The notes: a model not told the origin generated them from the sequence alone. DNA of 64,000 nucleotides from Octopus vulgaris (GCA_951406725.2 OX597821.1:66030001-66094000); one strand, 5' to 3'. Positions 40,350-53,865 are shown, counted from the first letter of the stretch. A program made the numbers and translations.

Positions 40350-41467
40350 GTGAGTAATATTAATTTCTTTTCACTGAGCAGGCACAAAGCCAAATTTTGC
40401 TGGGAAAATTTTACATAGAACTAATTTGGTTCATTTAGCTAGGAGGTTAAGAAGTTTGCTCCACAATCATGAGGTTGCAGGTTCATTCCTGCTGCCAGGC
40501 ACTGTGAGAAAATATCTTTCACTTATTGCCATGGGTCAACCCAAATCCTATGGAGGTAATTAGCTGGACAGAAATGATATGGAAGGTCATTAGGTAGACT
40601 GGAAATCAAAGGTCTATTGAATTATATATACAGGCACAAACATGGCCTGCTTCCCAATCATGTGCACTTGGATTCAGTCCCACTATGCAATACTTTGGGT
40701 AACTTGTCTTGCCAGAAATAGCAAACAAATCTTATTTAAAACCACACCTTACTTCTTTAAAAAAAGGAGGGACATATCAGGTAGGTAGTCTTAGATAAAC
40801 TATGTTTGAAATACTGAGTTTTAGAAAAGGTTCACCATTTTCTTATGTACAATGAAAGGCAACTAAAATAACTAATATAAAGAAGGACATCTGGCAATAA
40901 AACAGTGCTTTAAAAGGGCCTGTCTGACCCATACCAGCATGGATGAACAGACGTAAGATAACTGACTGTGATGTTTGTGATTGGTACATTTTTTAATCCA
41001 GTTAATCTGGACTACCATGGAACTAAATAACAACAACAACAACAGCGTCAGCACAACAACTATTGCATCTTGACGATAAGGATAATGTTGATAGGTTATT
41101 TCTGGAACCATTTCATATGTAACAGTATCGTTTCTTGTTTGTTAAATCCTCATTTAGTTTTGTTCAGGACAGTAATGCTACATCATAAAAGATGAATGAC
41201 TGGACTTGACAAATGCTCCTGACATTTTGAACAGCTCTGCAAGACAGTAGTCGGTAGAGTAGCTGAGTAGAAGGGATTGTAGTGGCATGGTGGTGCCTGT
41301 TGAGGTGTGTTAATACTGTGGTTATTGCTGTAGTGATATGGTCATTGCCGCAGTGGTATGATACTAACAGTCAATGGTCAAGGAATCAGATAAGAACGAG
41401 AGAGTACCAATCAGAAATAGTAGCCAAATGATCCTCAACTGACACCATACATTATCATTATCATTTA

Positions 41468-41500
<33 letters not shown>

Positions 41501-42294
41501 TGCATGACAGATTCCATACAGTTTCCATCAATCACTAACAAGGCATTGGTGGGCCAAGGTTTTAGTAGAAGACACTTGCCCAACGTGCAGTACAGTGGGG
41601 CTGAACCTGTAACCGTATGGTTACAAAACGAGTTCATTAACCACACATCCATGCCTATGTTTCTTTTACCATTTACGTTTTTTCCTTCTTGTGAGATATT
41701 TTTGGTATTCTGGGAGTATTAAGTTTTGAAAAGTTCATAAGCTTTGAAGTGAATGTAGATTTCTAAGTTAAAGGTCTATTATCATGTTAAAAAAAAAACT
41801 TCCATATGATTCAAGCAACAGATAACTCCAGCGTGCTGTGGGCGAACAAGAGAATTCTGACATTTGAGACAACAGACCCCTCATTCTTGAAATTGTAATA
41901 TTGCAATTCTTTCTTTCCGCACAACACATTAACATTTAAACATTTTTTTCTCAACAACAAAAAAATAAAATAACTAAAAGATTTAAAAAGAAAACATTAC
42001 TGAACAGATTTTTTTACTAAACTCAACAAGCGTTATTTTCTTCCAGCTTTATAACGTTTAAGAATAACACATTTCCTAAATTACATATACGAAATTTCCA
42101 TGTAGTTTAGAAAGCTATGTGACATACTCTTTGCATTTTTGGTCATGAGCACAAAAATAAATAAGCGAATAGCTGAATCAGTCTTCCGTAAGGCAGCGTC
42201 GCCAAGCGCTGGTTCTGCGGATCTTCTTGTAAGGGCTGCTAGAATGTATCTCTCACTAGAAGGAGTACTTTTTTGTTGAGCCTACCTTAATTGT

Positions 42295-42637
42295 GAAAGC
42301 ATATGGCTCAGTGGTTATAGTGGCAGGATCACGATCATGAGGTAGTGCGTTCGATTCCCAGACTAGGCGGGATGTGTGCTGTGTTCTTGAGCACGACACT
42401 ATATCACATTGCTCCAGTTCACTCAGCTGTAGAAATGAGTTGTGGTGTCGCTTGTGCCAAACCGTATCGGCCTTTGTCTTTCCCTTGGATAACACTGGTG
42501 GCATGAAGAGGGGAGGCTGGTATGCAAGGGCGACTGCTGGTCTTCCATAAACAACCTTGCCCGGACTTGTGCCTTGGAGGGGAACTATCTAGATGCAATC
42601 CCATAGTAATTCATGACCAAAGGGGGTCTTTACCCTT
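42295..42637 (+). mobile_element. SINE family D, tail type 1
   Basis: TGGCTCAGTGG A box, GTTCGATTCC B box, CORE-like TTCTTGAGCA.GACAC..CAGCTGTAGAAATGAG. Matches 63548-63879. Confidence 0.88.
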
Positions 42638-42946
42638 TTTCTTAGTTGTACAATATATATTTAACTCACTATGTGAACATGTAAGCAACAAATCACATGT
42701 GTGCGTATGCTTGCATCTTCATGGACGCTTGTATGAGTGAGTGTACAGATGCCATGCAGCTAACACGAGGGTGCTTATACATCCATATCTGTTAATGGTT
42801 ATTTTTAATACTTTTCTTCTTTGCATCTATTATTTTATTATTGATCTTCTCTACAAATGAAAATACATCCTTTATTTTGCTGGTTTTCTTTACACGAAAT
42901 GAGAAGATACATTGCAGAACAGTTATCTTAATGAGTTTATCTGTTT

Positions 42947-43049
42947 ATCACCTGAAGAGACACATCTGCACCAGTCAATGCTCCTGAACAAGTTGTTAAG
43001 TATCCCACCTGTGAGAAATCAAACCTAGATGTGTTGAAACAATTGTGAT
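42947..43049 (+). ncRNA. Type I hammerhead ribozyme-like motif (Penelope-type) with long loop 2
   Basis: Stem I ATCAC/GTGAT; core CTGAAGA; stem II GACACATCT/AGATGTGTT; GAAAC-AATT; followed by AATAAA. Confidence 0.65.
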
Positions 43050-43091
43050 TAATAAAATTTTTTCTATCTTCCATATATATATATATATATA

Positions 43092-43344
43092 TCAATAATA
43101 ATAAAGGGTAAAATTAATTAATCAATTAATAATTAATAACTTTACCAAGTAGCTCAGTATGTTAAAAGAACCATTATTGGTAGCCTTATACAAAAATTCT
43201 GTAATTATAAGCATAATTATAATTAGGGTTCAGCAAAAAATTGCTTCACAAATACCGAAATTTAAAAATAGCAGTTAAATACTATTCCACTGCCATAAGA
43301 TATCTCCCAGACAGTAATACATATGCTTATAATTATAGAATTTT

Positions 43345-43350
<6 letters not shown>
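43092..43350. mobile_element. AT-rich element in (TA)n with a 29-bp internal inverted repeat
   Basis: TATACAAAAATTCTGTAATTATAAGCATA (about 43186) versus TATGCTTATAATTATAGAATTTTTGTATA (about 43322). Confidence 0.5.
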
Positions 43351-43388
<38 letters not shown>

Positions 43389-44153
43389 TTTTTAAGAAAA
43401 ACATTAAATCCAGAGAAGAAGCATACTCTGAGAAGTAGAGCAGTCTATATTATTTCCGGTGAAGGCCGGTTTATAGGGTTACCCTGAGTTTCTCGCCATG
43501 AAGAGTACCTTTATGGCATATCTTCAGACCTTAAGACCTGTGTAGACATACACACGCACACAAAGGAATCCTGCATATTCCATCTACCAAATTCACTCAC
43601 AAGGCATTAGCTAGCTGCTACTCTGAATCTACAGAAACCATAGTAAAACATACTCAAGATGCCACCATTTAGAACTGAACCGAAATTCACATGGTCCTGA
43701 AGCAAACTTCTTAACCACACATCCATACATGTCCCTAAATGCTGTATCCGACATGGGAGAGCAAGAATGGAAACTCCTTGCTCATAAACCAGAACAATCA
43801 GAGCAGACGAGAAGCAAACAATAGCAACAACAGGAGGATTACTACAACGAGTGCACCTCGCTCACTTCCTTAAACATCAGTTGTCTAAATCACAAGAAAA
43901 AAAAAATAAATAAACATACAAAGTCACAAAACAGAAAAACAAAAGTTACTTCCTATTGTTACGTAAACAGCAACAATATCAAGTCTGGTTTTGATAAAGT
44001 TTACCAGAACAATGCATTCCTTGCCAATCGATAAATTCCCTTCTTGCAAATGAATTGATTAGTGAAACAGTAATATAGAAAATTTTGTAAACATAGAAAT
44101 ACCAGTTTAGAACTTAACAGGAATGTAGCAATGATTATTAGGTTTCTGTTCAG

Positions 44154-44198
44154 ATTATTTGGTTACTAAGGTTTCGTAGTCTGCAACAGCGAAAAACT
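44154..44198 (+). CDS. Candidate micro-exon (IIWLLRFRSLQQRKT), product unknown
   Basis: TTTCTGTTCAG acceptor, GTATGT donor, 45 nt, phase 0-0, compatible with 40285-40349. Confidence 0.18.
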
Positions 44199-44237
44199 GT
44201 ATGTGATGACTGGTATCTAGTATTGCTCTGTATAGAT

Positions 44238-44443
44238 ATCATCATCATCATTGTTTAACGTCCGCTTTCCATGCTAGCATGGGTTGGACGATTTGACTGA
44301 GGATTGGCAAACCAGATGGCTGCACCAGGTTCCAATCTTGATCTGGCAGAGTTTCTACAGCTCGATGCCCTTCCTAATGCCAACCACTCCGAGAGTGTAG
44401 TGGGTGCTTCTATGTGCACGGGGGCCAGTCAGGTGGTACTGGC

Positions 44444-44446
<3 letters not shown>
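44238..44446 (-). mobile_element. Family E ((GAT)n-tailed, RTE-type SINE 3' module); similar copies near 6580, 11763, 20145, 25115 and 58200
   Basis: (CAT)n-TTTAACGTCC..TTTCCATGCTAGCATGGGTTGGACG...GATGCCCTTCCTAATGCCAACCAC. Confidence 0.8.
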
Positions 44447-44521
<75 letters not shown>

Positions 44522-45887
44522 TATCATAATGGACGTACCCCAGTGCAGCCATAGTTCTGGTTGCAACTAGTGAAAGTCTTTGTAGATATGGCTGTGTCTA
44601 TATATATATATATATGTGTGTGTGTGTGGTTAAAAAGCTTGTTTTCAACCATTTGATCCCTGGTTCAGTCTCACTGAGTGACACCTTGAGCAAGTGACTT
44701 CCATAATCCTGGGCTGACCAAAAACTTGTGAGTGTATTTGGTAAATGGACATTAAAAGAAGCCCATCATATTAAATATATATGGTACGTGAAAGCACTTA
44801 TTACACTCCTGGAGTGGTTGATATTAGGAAGGGAATCCAGCCATAGAAACCATGCCAAAACAGAAAATTGAGCCTGGTGCAGCTCTCCTGCTTATCAGCT
44901 TCAGTTGAACAGGAGAGTGGGCATTAAATAATGATGATGATTTTGATGATAATGTGTGTGTGTGGGGGGGGGGGTGGCAGTGAGTGGATAAACAAAAGAG
45001 AGTTGCACTTAATACATTTGGGAAAAGTTACATATATCATTTCATAGCAGTTCAATTAGGTTCCATGAAGCTTAAAGCTTCGTGGGCTTGTAAAACAGAC
45101 CTAGCTCTTCAGGCATAGGAAACCGAATATCTAGGATCGTTTTATGATCCCACAAAACTTTAAGCTGCATGGAGTCAAATCAAACTGCTATTAAATAATA
45201 CACACACACACACACACATACGCACACACATACATACACACATGTGGTCATGTATAGGTGTATGTTTGTGTGCATGTATGTGAGAGCATTAGTGACTTCT
45301 TGTCTGGACATCGTAAGTTTCTTGTAAATGAATGTCACTATCCTAAAAGTGGTACCCATTTCCAATCTGACATGAACTCATGTCCAGTCAAGGTGAAATA
45401 TTACCTTACATGGAAACAGATAATGGTTGGTGAAAGGAAGGGCATTTGGCTGTAGAAAATCTGCCACACCATATTCCCTCTAAACATTGCTTGACCATCA
45501 GATGTCTGTGAGACCAAACTTACATCACAGCATCCTTAGCAAGTGACCTCTGATGCCATATTGGGTAGACCAATACCTTGTGACTGGAATTATATATACA
45601 CGGGGCTCTTTGTGTGTGTGTGTGTGTAGATGTGACTGTGTATACACATGTACAAACACACTGAGATACATACAACAAAAACACACACACACACACATAT
45701 ATATGTATATTTATTCATATGTGTGTGTAAGCGTGCATGTGTGTGTGTATATGTGTTCGTACATGTAAATGCATAAATGTAAGTACATACACACAGACAT
45801 ACATGTATACAAGCGTATGTTATATGTGCATATATGAATATATATGCATGTATATGAGAATCTTATGTGTTTCTCTGTTCATGTTTT

Positions 45888-45935
<48 letters not shown>

Positions 45936-45996
45936 AATTATAGCAAAGAATGTCATCACATACATACAATACATACAACAATTATGCATACATACA

Positions 45997-46036
<40 letters not shown>

Positions 46037-46162
46037 CATATATATATACATACATACATATATATATACATACATATATATATACATACATACATATATA
46101 TATACATACATATGTATATTTACATGTATATTTACATGTATATATACATACATATGTATATT

Positions 46163-46207
<45 letters not shown>

Positions 46208-46500
46208 GCATGCAATACATTTACAAATAGCCCTTATCAGTTCAGTCCTTTCTGCTTTGTCTTTTACATTCTCTTTTATTATTATTTTTTTCCTTTTGTT
46301 TTCATCATTATTATTCCCCCATAACACATGAAATAACAACCCGAGCCAAGAACACTATATGATATATTGTATGTCCGTTGCTAAGCAACATCGCTTTTGC
46401 TGATTTCCCTCTGTAAACACTGCTGTATTATACAGCATCCTTGATAACCAGTTTATGGCTATTTAATGGCAATATTACTGTCTTTAGAACAGATTTAAGT

Positions 46501-46576
46501 CTTTGCTGTACTTTCATCTGTTCCGTGGCGTGCATGACTATAGCATTGTGAGGTACTGCGAAGATGAAACGGAAAG
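46501..46576 (+). ncRNA. Candidate pre-miRNA-like hairpin
   Basis: CTTT/AAAG, CTG/CGG, TTTCATCT/AGATGAAA plus a G-U-rich upper stem, in unique CpG-retaining sequence. Confidence 0.25.
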
Positions 46577-46984
46577 CTGTAACAAACATTTCGAGACAAC
46601 GTACAGATAAACATATGTACATGCCATTAAAGTGTGAATACGTGTGTATATCATTATATGTGCTTGCAAGTGTGTCTGTGTGTCTCTGTGTGTGTGTGTG
46701 TGTGTGTGTGTATTGTGTGCGTTTAATATGTTTCTCTCCCCCTCTCTCTGTATACACATATATACAGACATACATACATATATATATATATATAGACACA
46801 TATGCTTTATGTACACATGTATGAACATACGCATTAATATTTATGCATATATGTTTGTGTGTACATGTGTATCGATGAATACACACATTCATGCCCATAT
46901 ATATGCACATATCATCAAGCATATATGTTTATATGTGTGTGTGTGTGTATATATATATATGCATATACGCATGTATACATCTAC

Positions 46985-47022
<38 letters not shown>

Positions 47023-48197
47023 TTGTGTGTGTGAGTATGTATATACATATATACAGAGAGAAAGAGAGAGAGAGAGAAAGATACCTACATATGCACACAC
47101 ATGCGTAAATGTCTCAGTATGTATACATATATACATAAATAAGTAAACATATACATATACGCACATATATGTAAACATATACATATACATACATATATGT
47201 ACAAACATATATATAGAAAGAGAGTCCCATCACCAATGAGACTTCAATTGATACCAAATCCCTCCTAAGACAGTTGCATGAAATACAAACACCACATCAT
47301 ATCACAAAAATTACATAAACAACCACTGAATGGCCTGAAAAACAATAAACATGGAAAGATAAACACTGAACACACACAAACACGAAAAGACCTAGATACA
47401 ACTGCAACACCAACTTGTAATAGTCCCTGCCTGAAGATCACAGTAGCATGAAACTCAGACATAATACAATGTCATAGTTTCAGTTTCAATCACAATGACA
47501 TTCTCTACAACATATATTGAGCACTCTTTTCTCAATTGTCTAATTTACAATAACATACATGCATGTGTATGTGTGTATTTGTTTGTGTGTGTATACATGG
47601 AGATATGCATCATATATATATATATATACATACCCACACATAGGTGCACATTCACTTATATATCTACATGCATACACATATATATGTATATCTTCTATTT
47701 TCTCTTCCTGTCTTTCTCAGTTTTTAGCTACTCTCTCTCTCTCTCTCTCTCTCTCTACATCTCTCTTACACTTCCATCATTGTTTCTCCTTCCTCTCCAC
47801 ATCATCTCTTTCTCCCAACACTAATCACCCTCTCTCTTTCTTTCACCCTCTATCCTTTTTATTTTATCATATATTTCATTTATTTTTTTTTATTCAGTAA
47901 AAGAGTAAAATAGTGAACATCATAAATCTATTGATTTCTCAATCAATGATACTAGCTAATTATTAGAGCTAATTATTAAAGCTAATTATTGATGGAATAC
48001 ATATTTGATGAAGTCTTTTTATTACAACACTACTGTACACTGATATTATATTTCAGTACAGTACAGTCCAGTCGCGGACATTTGGCTGCGAGGCAGTCAG
48101 ACAGATAAATAAATGCTGTACAGTGACGTTATATTACTGTATTGTAGTGGAAATCTTTGGATATTGTGGGTGGGTCAGTAGTGTACAATGACGGTCA

Positions 48198-48636
48198 ATC
48201 TGGAAGATCCTGGAAGGACTTGTCGCAAACTTTGGCATCGAGAATTACACAAATACTAGAACTGGGCACCACTGCATAGTGCCAAGGACTCCAAATTTGC
48301 CATCAAGATGTAGGACAAGATACTGTGATAGCCTGGGCTTCAGAGGTCCACAGCTCTTCAATATCCTCCCGAAGGACCTGAGAGACCTTCATGGGGTGGA
48401 TATAGGTGTCTTCAAAATAAAGCTGGACCTCTTCCTATCAAGTGTCCCAGATGAACCGACTTCGCGGCAGGAGGTGCAGATGAGGGCAGCAGCATCAAAT
48501 TCCCTCGTGCACAAATGTCAATTCCTAAAAAGCATTCATGAAGTAAAATTATGTAGCAACACCAAATGGCAGTGCACCAGCATGGCCACAGCTCATGAGC
48601 TGAAACTAGATATAAAAATAAAAAAAAAAATAAAAA
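48198..48636 (+). mobile_element. CR1-group LINE 3' fragment (ORF2 C-terminus and 3' stem-loop)
   Basis: IWKILEGLVANFGI..RTGHHCIVP..DSLGFRGPQLFNILPKDLRDLHGVDIGVFKIKLDLFLSSVPDEP..RAAASNSL, with an A-rich tail. Confidence 0.88.
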
Positions 48637-48708
48637 GTGTGTACACATGTCCTTGTTATAAATAAGCATTACTGACATAATATAATGTCCTTGATTTCGA
48701 AATTTCTG

Positions 48709-48920
48709 TGTGAGCTGGTGGAACCATTACCATGTCAGGCAAAAAGCTTAGTAGCATTTCATCCATCTTTATGTTCTGAGTTCAAATTCCACCGAGGTCA
48801 GCTGTGCCTTTCATCCTTTCAGGGCTGATAAAATAAATACCAGTTTGAACTCTAGAGGTCAATGTAATTGACTGACACCCATTCCCCAAAATTACTGGCC
48901 TTGCGCCAAAATTTGAAACC
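48709..48920 (+). mobile_element. SINE family B with alternative tail (...GGCCTTGCGCCAAAATTTGAAACC)
   Basis: B box and central domain. The same tail occurs at positions 1-20. Confidence 0.8.
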
Positions 48921-50867
48921 AGTATTACCAAAGTTGGAAACAGATAAATGTTGGCAACAGGAAGGGCATTGAACCACAGAACATTTTTGCTTCAACGAAT
49001 ACCAACTAAGCCATGCAAGCATAGAAAAGTGGATGGCTTCCCTTTAAGATCAGGTGTAGCTTATTAACCCACTGCTAAATTCTGAAGACAGGTACATAAG
49101 CCATATTTTCATGGTAAGCTATTTGATTGATTATCGTCTTCTGTTTTATACCTTTTTTTTGGCGTCCCGCATGAAAATATTTGCTATTTATACCTGGCCT
49201 TAAAGGGTTAATAATGATGAGGATGACACACAAGTTATTCCCTAAGGTAAGGAAATCATGAGAATTGAAAGACGATTTGGTCGAGATGAAAATTCTTAAA
49301 TCTTCTTTGTGGCATATGAAGTAATGTTGTGAAATAAACTTTACAATCATTTCAAGTATGTTTGGGACATATTTATTCATAGGAGATGTTCTGAAATGAC
49401 TTTGTGTTTTGTACCTTTTGCCTAAAGCAAGAATTTTTCTCCATGGCAAACTGCAGTGAAAACAGACTTTATACAAGTTAAGATATTTGAAATGATCAAA
49501 ATGTCTGCCTCTTTGTGGCATGAAATGGATCTAGTACTACCATACCAAACATTTTCTAAAACAGTTTTATCCTCTATTTAATCTCTAACAAAATTTAACA
49601 TTATGAAGTTAAAATATTAATATATAATAGTTTTTACATAGGGTTTCCTAAAGATGTAGAATATGAAGATTTCTTAGGAGAGAAAAGGTTAGAAAATGCT
49701 GAGTTAGTCTCTTGGCATTTCCCAAGTTATTCAGATAAGTAAGTAAACTCTAAGAAATTCTGGGGTAATTCCTCACCTGGTTAATTAATTCTAAAATGTC
49801 ATTTCTTTCTTTTTTATCAAGTGAGTCAATCAGATTTGTAGACACTTTAATATTTACACACACACACACACACGCATGCAAATAAACACACATCTCTTGG
49901 ACTGGACTGCATCAAGATTCATCTGTCAATAGTTCATCATTACCTGACCCCAAAATGGTCCTCTATAATTTTTAAAAGTACAACTGAACTTTCAACTTAT
50001 TGTGACTGTCAATCATTTTTCATTGAAAGAAGAAAAAAATAAAATAAAATAAAACAAAAAAAAAAAAAATCATAATGTCCCCCTAATTTGGAATATTTCC
50101 AAATTCAACAACACCTTGGCACCACCATTCACTAGGGGGTAAAAAAAAAAACCAAGATTAAAAAGCAGTTTTGACATTAAGACAATAAAGAATGAATTAA
50201 ATATAATCGGCTGAAATGTTAGCTGGTTCCTTAGGGATAAAATAACAAAGATTTAAGTGCAGTGAGAAAGTAGCTTAATAAGAAAGATTTCATTGAAGTG
50301 CACTTAAGGTTTGGAGTTTAAATTGAACATGTAAACTTGTTATTAGAAAATGCTGGTCTGTTTTGGGGTTTTTTTTTTTGGTTTTATTTTGGTTTTTGTT
50401 TTCATTGCTTTGTATTTTTAAACTGTTTACGATATATTTTTGTTTTCAATCTTTGTATGAGTTGGGTGAGTAATCACAGAATCAATTGTGATTTAAAAAT
50501 TTCCTTTTTTTCATTTTATTTTACAGTTATAGCCCCAGGCCAACCAAAAGCCTAGTGAGTGGATTAGGCAGACAAAAAGGGAAAGAAGTCCATTGTGTGA
50601 GGGAAGATTATATATATATATATGTGTGTGTGTGCGTGTGTGTGGAGAGAGGGGGGAGAAAGGGAGATAAAGAGGAAGAGAGGGAGAGAGAGAAGAAGAG
50701 GAAGAGAGGGAGAGAGAGGATGAGGGAGAGAGAGAGGAAGAGAAAGAGAAGGAGAGAGAGAGGAAGAGAAAGAGAGGGAGAGAGAGAGGAAGAGGAAGAG
50801 AGGGCGTGAAGGAGAGAAAAGGAAAGGGAAAGAGGAGTGATAGAGAGGAAGAGAGAGGGAGAGAAAG

Positions 50868-51265
50868 ATGGCTGTGTGGCTATGTAATTAAGAAGTTTGC
50901 TTCCCAACCATGTGGACATAGGTTCAATCCCTTAGCCAAGTGCCTTTCACAATAGCCTTCTCAATGGATTTGATAGACAGAAACTGAAAGGAGCCCATTG
51001 TGTGCATGTACTTGTGTGTGTGTGTGTCTGTGTGTGTACCCTTGTCTTGCAGCACATGATGGTCATAAACGAGCATCTTCATCATACAAGTGAGGTTGTT
51101 TGTTTCCAGTCTTCCATAGAAAACATGTCTGGCCATGATGAAATAATTACTTTAGCTGGAAACATATTATGGTTGACAACAGGGAGAGCACCCAACTGTA
51201 AAAGATCTGCCTCGACAAATTTCAGTCTGAGCCATACAAGCATGAAAAGTGGACATTAAATGACA
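50868..51265 (+). mobile_element. SINE family A head with an RTE-type (family-E-like) tail
   Basis: Head-(TG)n-...CAAGCATGAAAAGTGGACATTAAATGAC instead of the CR1-type tail. Confidence 0.7.
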
Positions 51266-51650
51266 ATGTCTCCATTATTCCCTATTTTTTTTATTTTTTT
51301 GTTATACATCTCATATTAAAATTGGTGAACAGCATGCACCATTATTGGATCCTGACGCAAGGTTGGTAGTTTTGAGGGTGGGAGCTAGTGAATTAGATCA
51401 AGCCCAGTGCTCAACTGGTGCTCATTTTATCAACCCCAAAGGATGAGTCTACCTTGGCAGAATTTGAACTCTGAATGTAAAGACAGATAAAATGCCACTA
51501 AGAATTTTGCCCCATGTGCTAATAATGCAGCCAGCTCACAGCCTTAATTAACTAATAATATACCATTATTAGTTAACAGAATCTTTGTTTAAAACCAGCT
51601 GACCGTGTGCCATCAAAAATGACAGCTAATTGTAGTATTTTATATATGAA

Positions 51651-52150
51651 CTAGCAGCATAGCCCGGCATTGCCCGGGTATGTAAGAGCCCCTGGAACAG
51701 ACATAATGCTCGCTGTGAATTAAAAAAAAATTCCTGCCAATTTGTGAAAGATATTGTCGAAAATATGTCATCTTGAATTTGAACGCGATTTCCCAAAATG
51801 GCAAGATTTTATCGATTTTTTCTGATGGTAAGGTATTGCATGGAAAACTAACGTCAGAATTAAGTTTCTTAGGGTAACATTAAGCTTCACCATGAGTTTG
51901 GTGAAAATCGATTGCCTAACAGAAAATGTGTTGCAAATAAAAAGCTTAGATTCTCGACCCCATGTCGAATTTATCGATTTTTTTCAGAACTGGGGGAACT
52001 TTTCAAAATTTTCGCTGCGTTGGTTTTGAATTATGACATTGGGCTATGTGTGTGTCAAGTTTCATCAGAATCGGTTGAAAGCCGTGGTCAGGGTGAGGGT
52101 ACAACCTGACAGACACATAGACAGACAAACTGCCGTTTACATAGAGAGAA
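51651..52150 (-). mobile_element. Non-autonomous Helitron
   Basis: Minus-strand 3' end has hairpin CCCGGGCAATGCCGGG, then CTAG|T. Confidence 0.8.
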
Positions 52151-52194
52151 ATAAAGTACAAAACCAAGTTTTTAGTTTAATAATTGCATTTATT

Positions 52195-52370
52195 ACCAAA
52201 TTTTTTTGTGAAAAATTTACCCGCAATCAACATCCCTTGACTGCTTGCTTCTTTCAAAAGAATTTTAAAGTTTTCCTTCCTTCTTTTACAACTTAAGGCC
52301 AAATAAAGCTGACCGTGACTAAATACAGGACCAGGCAAGTAAATATCAACTTTTTCGAAGTAACGTTTCC
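52195..52370 (-). pseudogene. Helitron Rep/Hel PIF1-helicase C-terminal remnant
   Basis: FEKVDIYLPGPVFSHGQLYLALS (helicase motif VI, consensus VFSHGQLYVALSR). Confidence 0.85.
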
Positions 52371-52541
52371 TTTGAGTTGCACTCTCCATTACTGAAACCA
52401 ACCTAAATTCATACGACTTAAAAGTCACAAAAAGCATTCCGTGACTTATAGTTGATGTTGTAAAAACTCCCTATCCAAAATTTATTACATAAATTTCTTG
52501 ATATAAATAAACTAGGCACATGTTTATTAGGCACATTCATA

Positions 52542-52942
52542 GGCGCAGGAGTGGCTGTGTGGTAAGTAGCTTGTTTACCAACCACATGGTTCCGGGTTCA
52601 GTCCCACTGCGTGGCACCTTGGGCAAGTGTCATCTACTATAGCTTCGGGCCGACCAAAGCCTTGTGAGTGGATTTGGTAGACGGAAACTGAAAGAAGTCC
52701 GTCGTATATATGTATATATATATATGTATGTGTGTGTGTTTGTGTGTCTGTGTTTGTCCCCCTAGCATTGCTTGACAACCGATGCTGGTGTGTTTATGTC
52801 CCCGTCACTTAGCGGTTCGGCAAAAAGAGACCGATAGAATAAGTACTGGGCTTACAAAGAATAAGTCCCGGGGTCGAGTTGCTCGATTAAAGGTGGTGCT
52901 CCAGCATGGCCGCAGTCAAATGACTGAAACAAGTAAAAGAGT
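52542..52942 (+). mobile_element. SINE family A, full length, young
   Basis: CpGs largely retained. Confidence 0.93.
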
Positions 52943-53865
52943 ATGAACTGTTAAACATGTATTTACAATATACTTTTCAACTGCAATTGTTTTATATTCT
53001 AGATACACTCAGGCAATAATAATTTTCTCTAACGAGTTTGTATATGTATATGTTTGTGTAGATGTGTGTGATTGTAATAATTATTTGTAACACAACAGAT
53101 ACAATATAGATGGTAATTCAAATTTATACACTACTCAGTTATCTAGTGGTTGTCTTTTGAGATGTGAGATAGATATCGTTCATTACTGAAAGAACACTAG
53201 CTCACACATACATTTACATACTTCCCTTGTACACGCACACACATACACACATATACTCATGCAGAGTTGAAACGCTGTTTGATTTTTCTTTGCAGTGTTG
53301 AATGTTCACCATCCCAGTTCCATTGCATGTACACACACACACATACACACTTCCCTTTTACATACAAAAACATAAACTCACACAGAGTTGAAACACTGAT
53401 TTTTTTCATCCCTTCCTTCCTTATTCATCTATCACTCTTTCCTTTCTCATTCATATGTTGTGACGGAGAAAAACACAACATATAGTAGAAGATACACAAC
53501 GCTCACTTTGCCAATTCCTTTCTCTCACTCCCTCTCAGTCATGCTTATTACTCTCACTACTTCTCCTTCACTGAATTACTATTTTCTCTCTTCTTCCTTC
53601 ACTTATACTATTCTTTCTCCTACTCCTACTGGTCAAATATATATTTATATGTATATATATATATATATGTGTGTGTGTGCTTATATACATATATATATAC
53701 ATATATACACACATACACACAAATATATAAAAACACTACGCACATTATTATATTAGGAGATATTTCTTGAAATGAAACTAGTTATAAATAAAAGTTTATT
53801 ATATGGTAAATCAGAAACCCAATGGACATAAAACAAGACTGAAGGCTTCCAGTACTACTTGGCAT

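Noticed and set aside
49075-49521. 148-aa non-repetitive ORF
   Set aside because: No recognisable motif. It crosses a TTAA-type MITE end at about 49210 and lies beside a hAT-like terminus, so it is probably chance.
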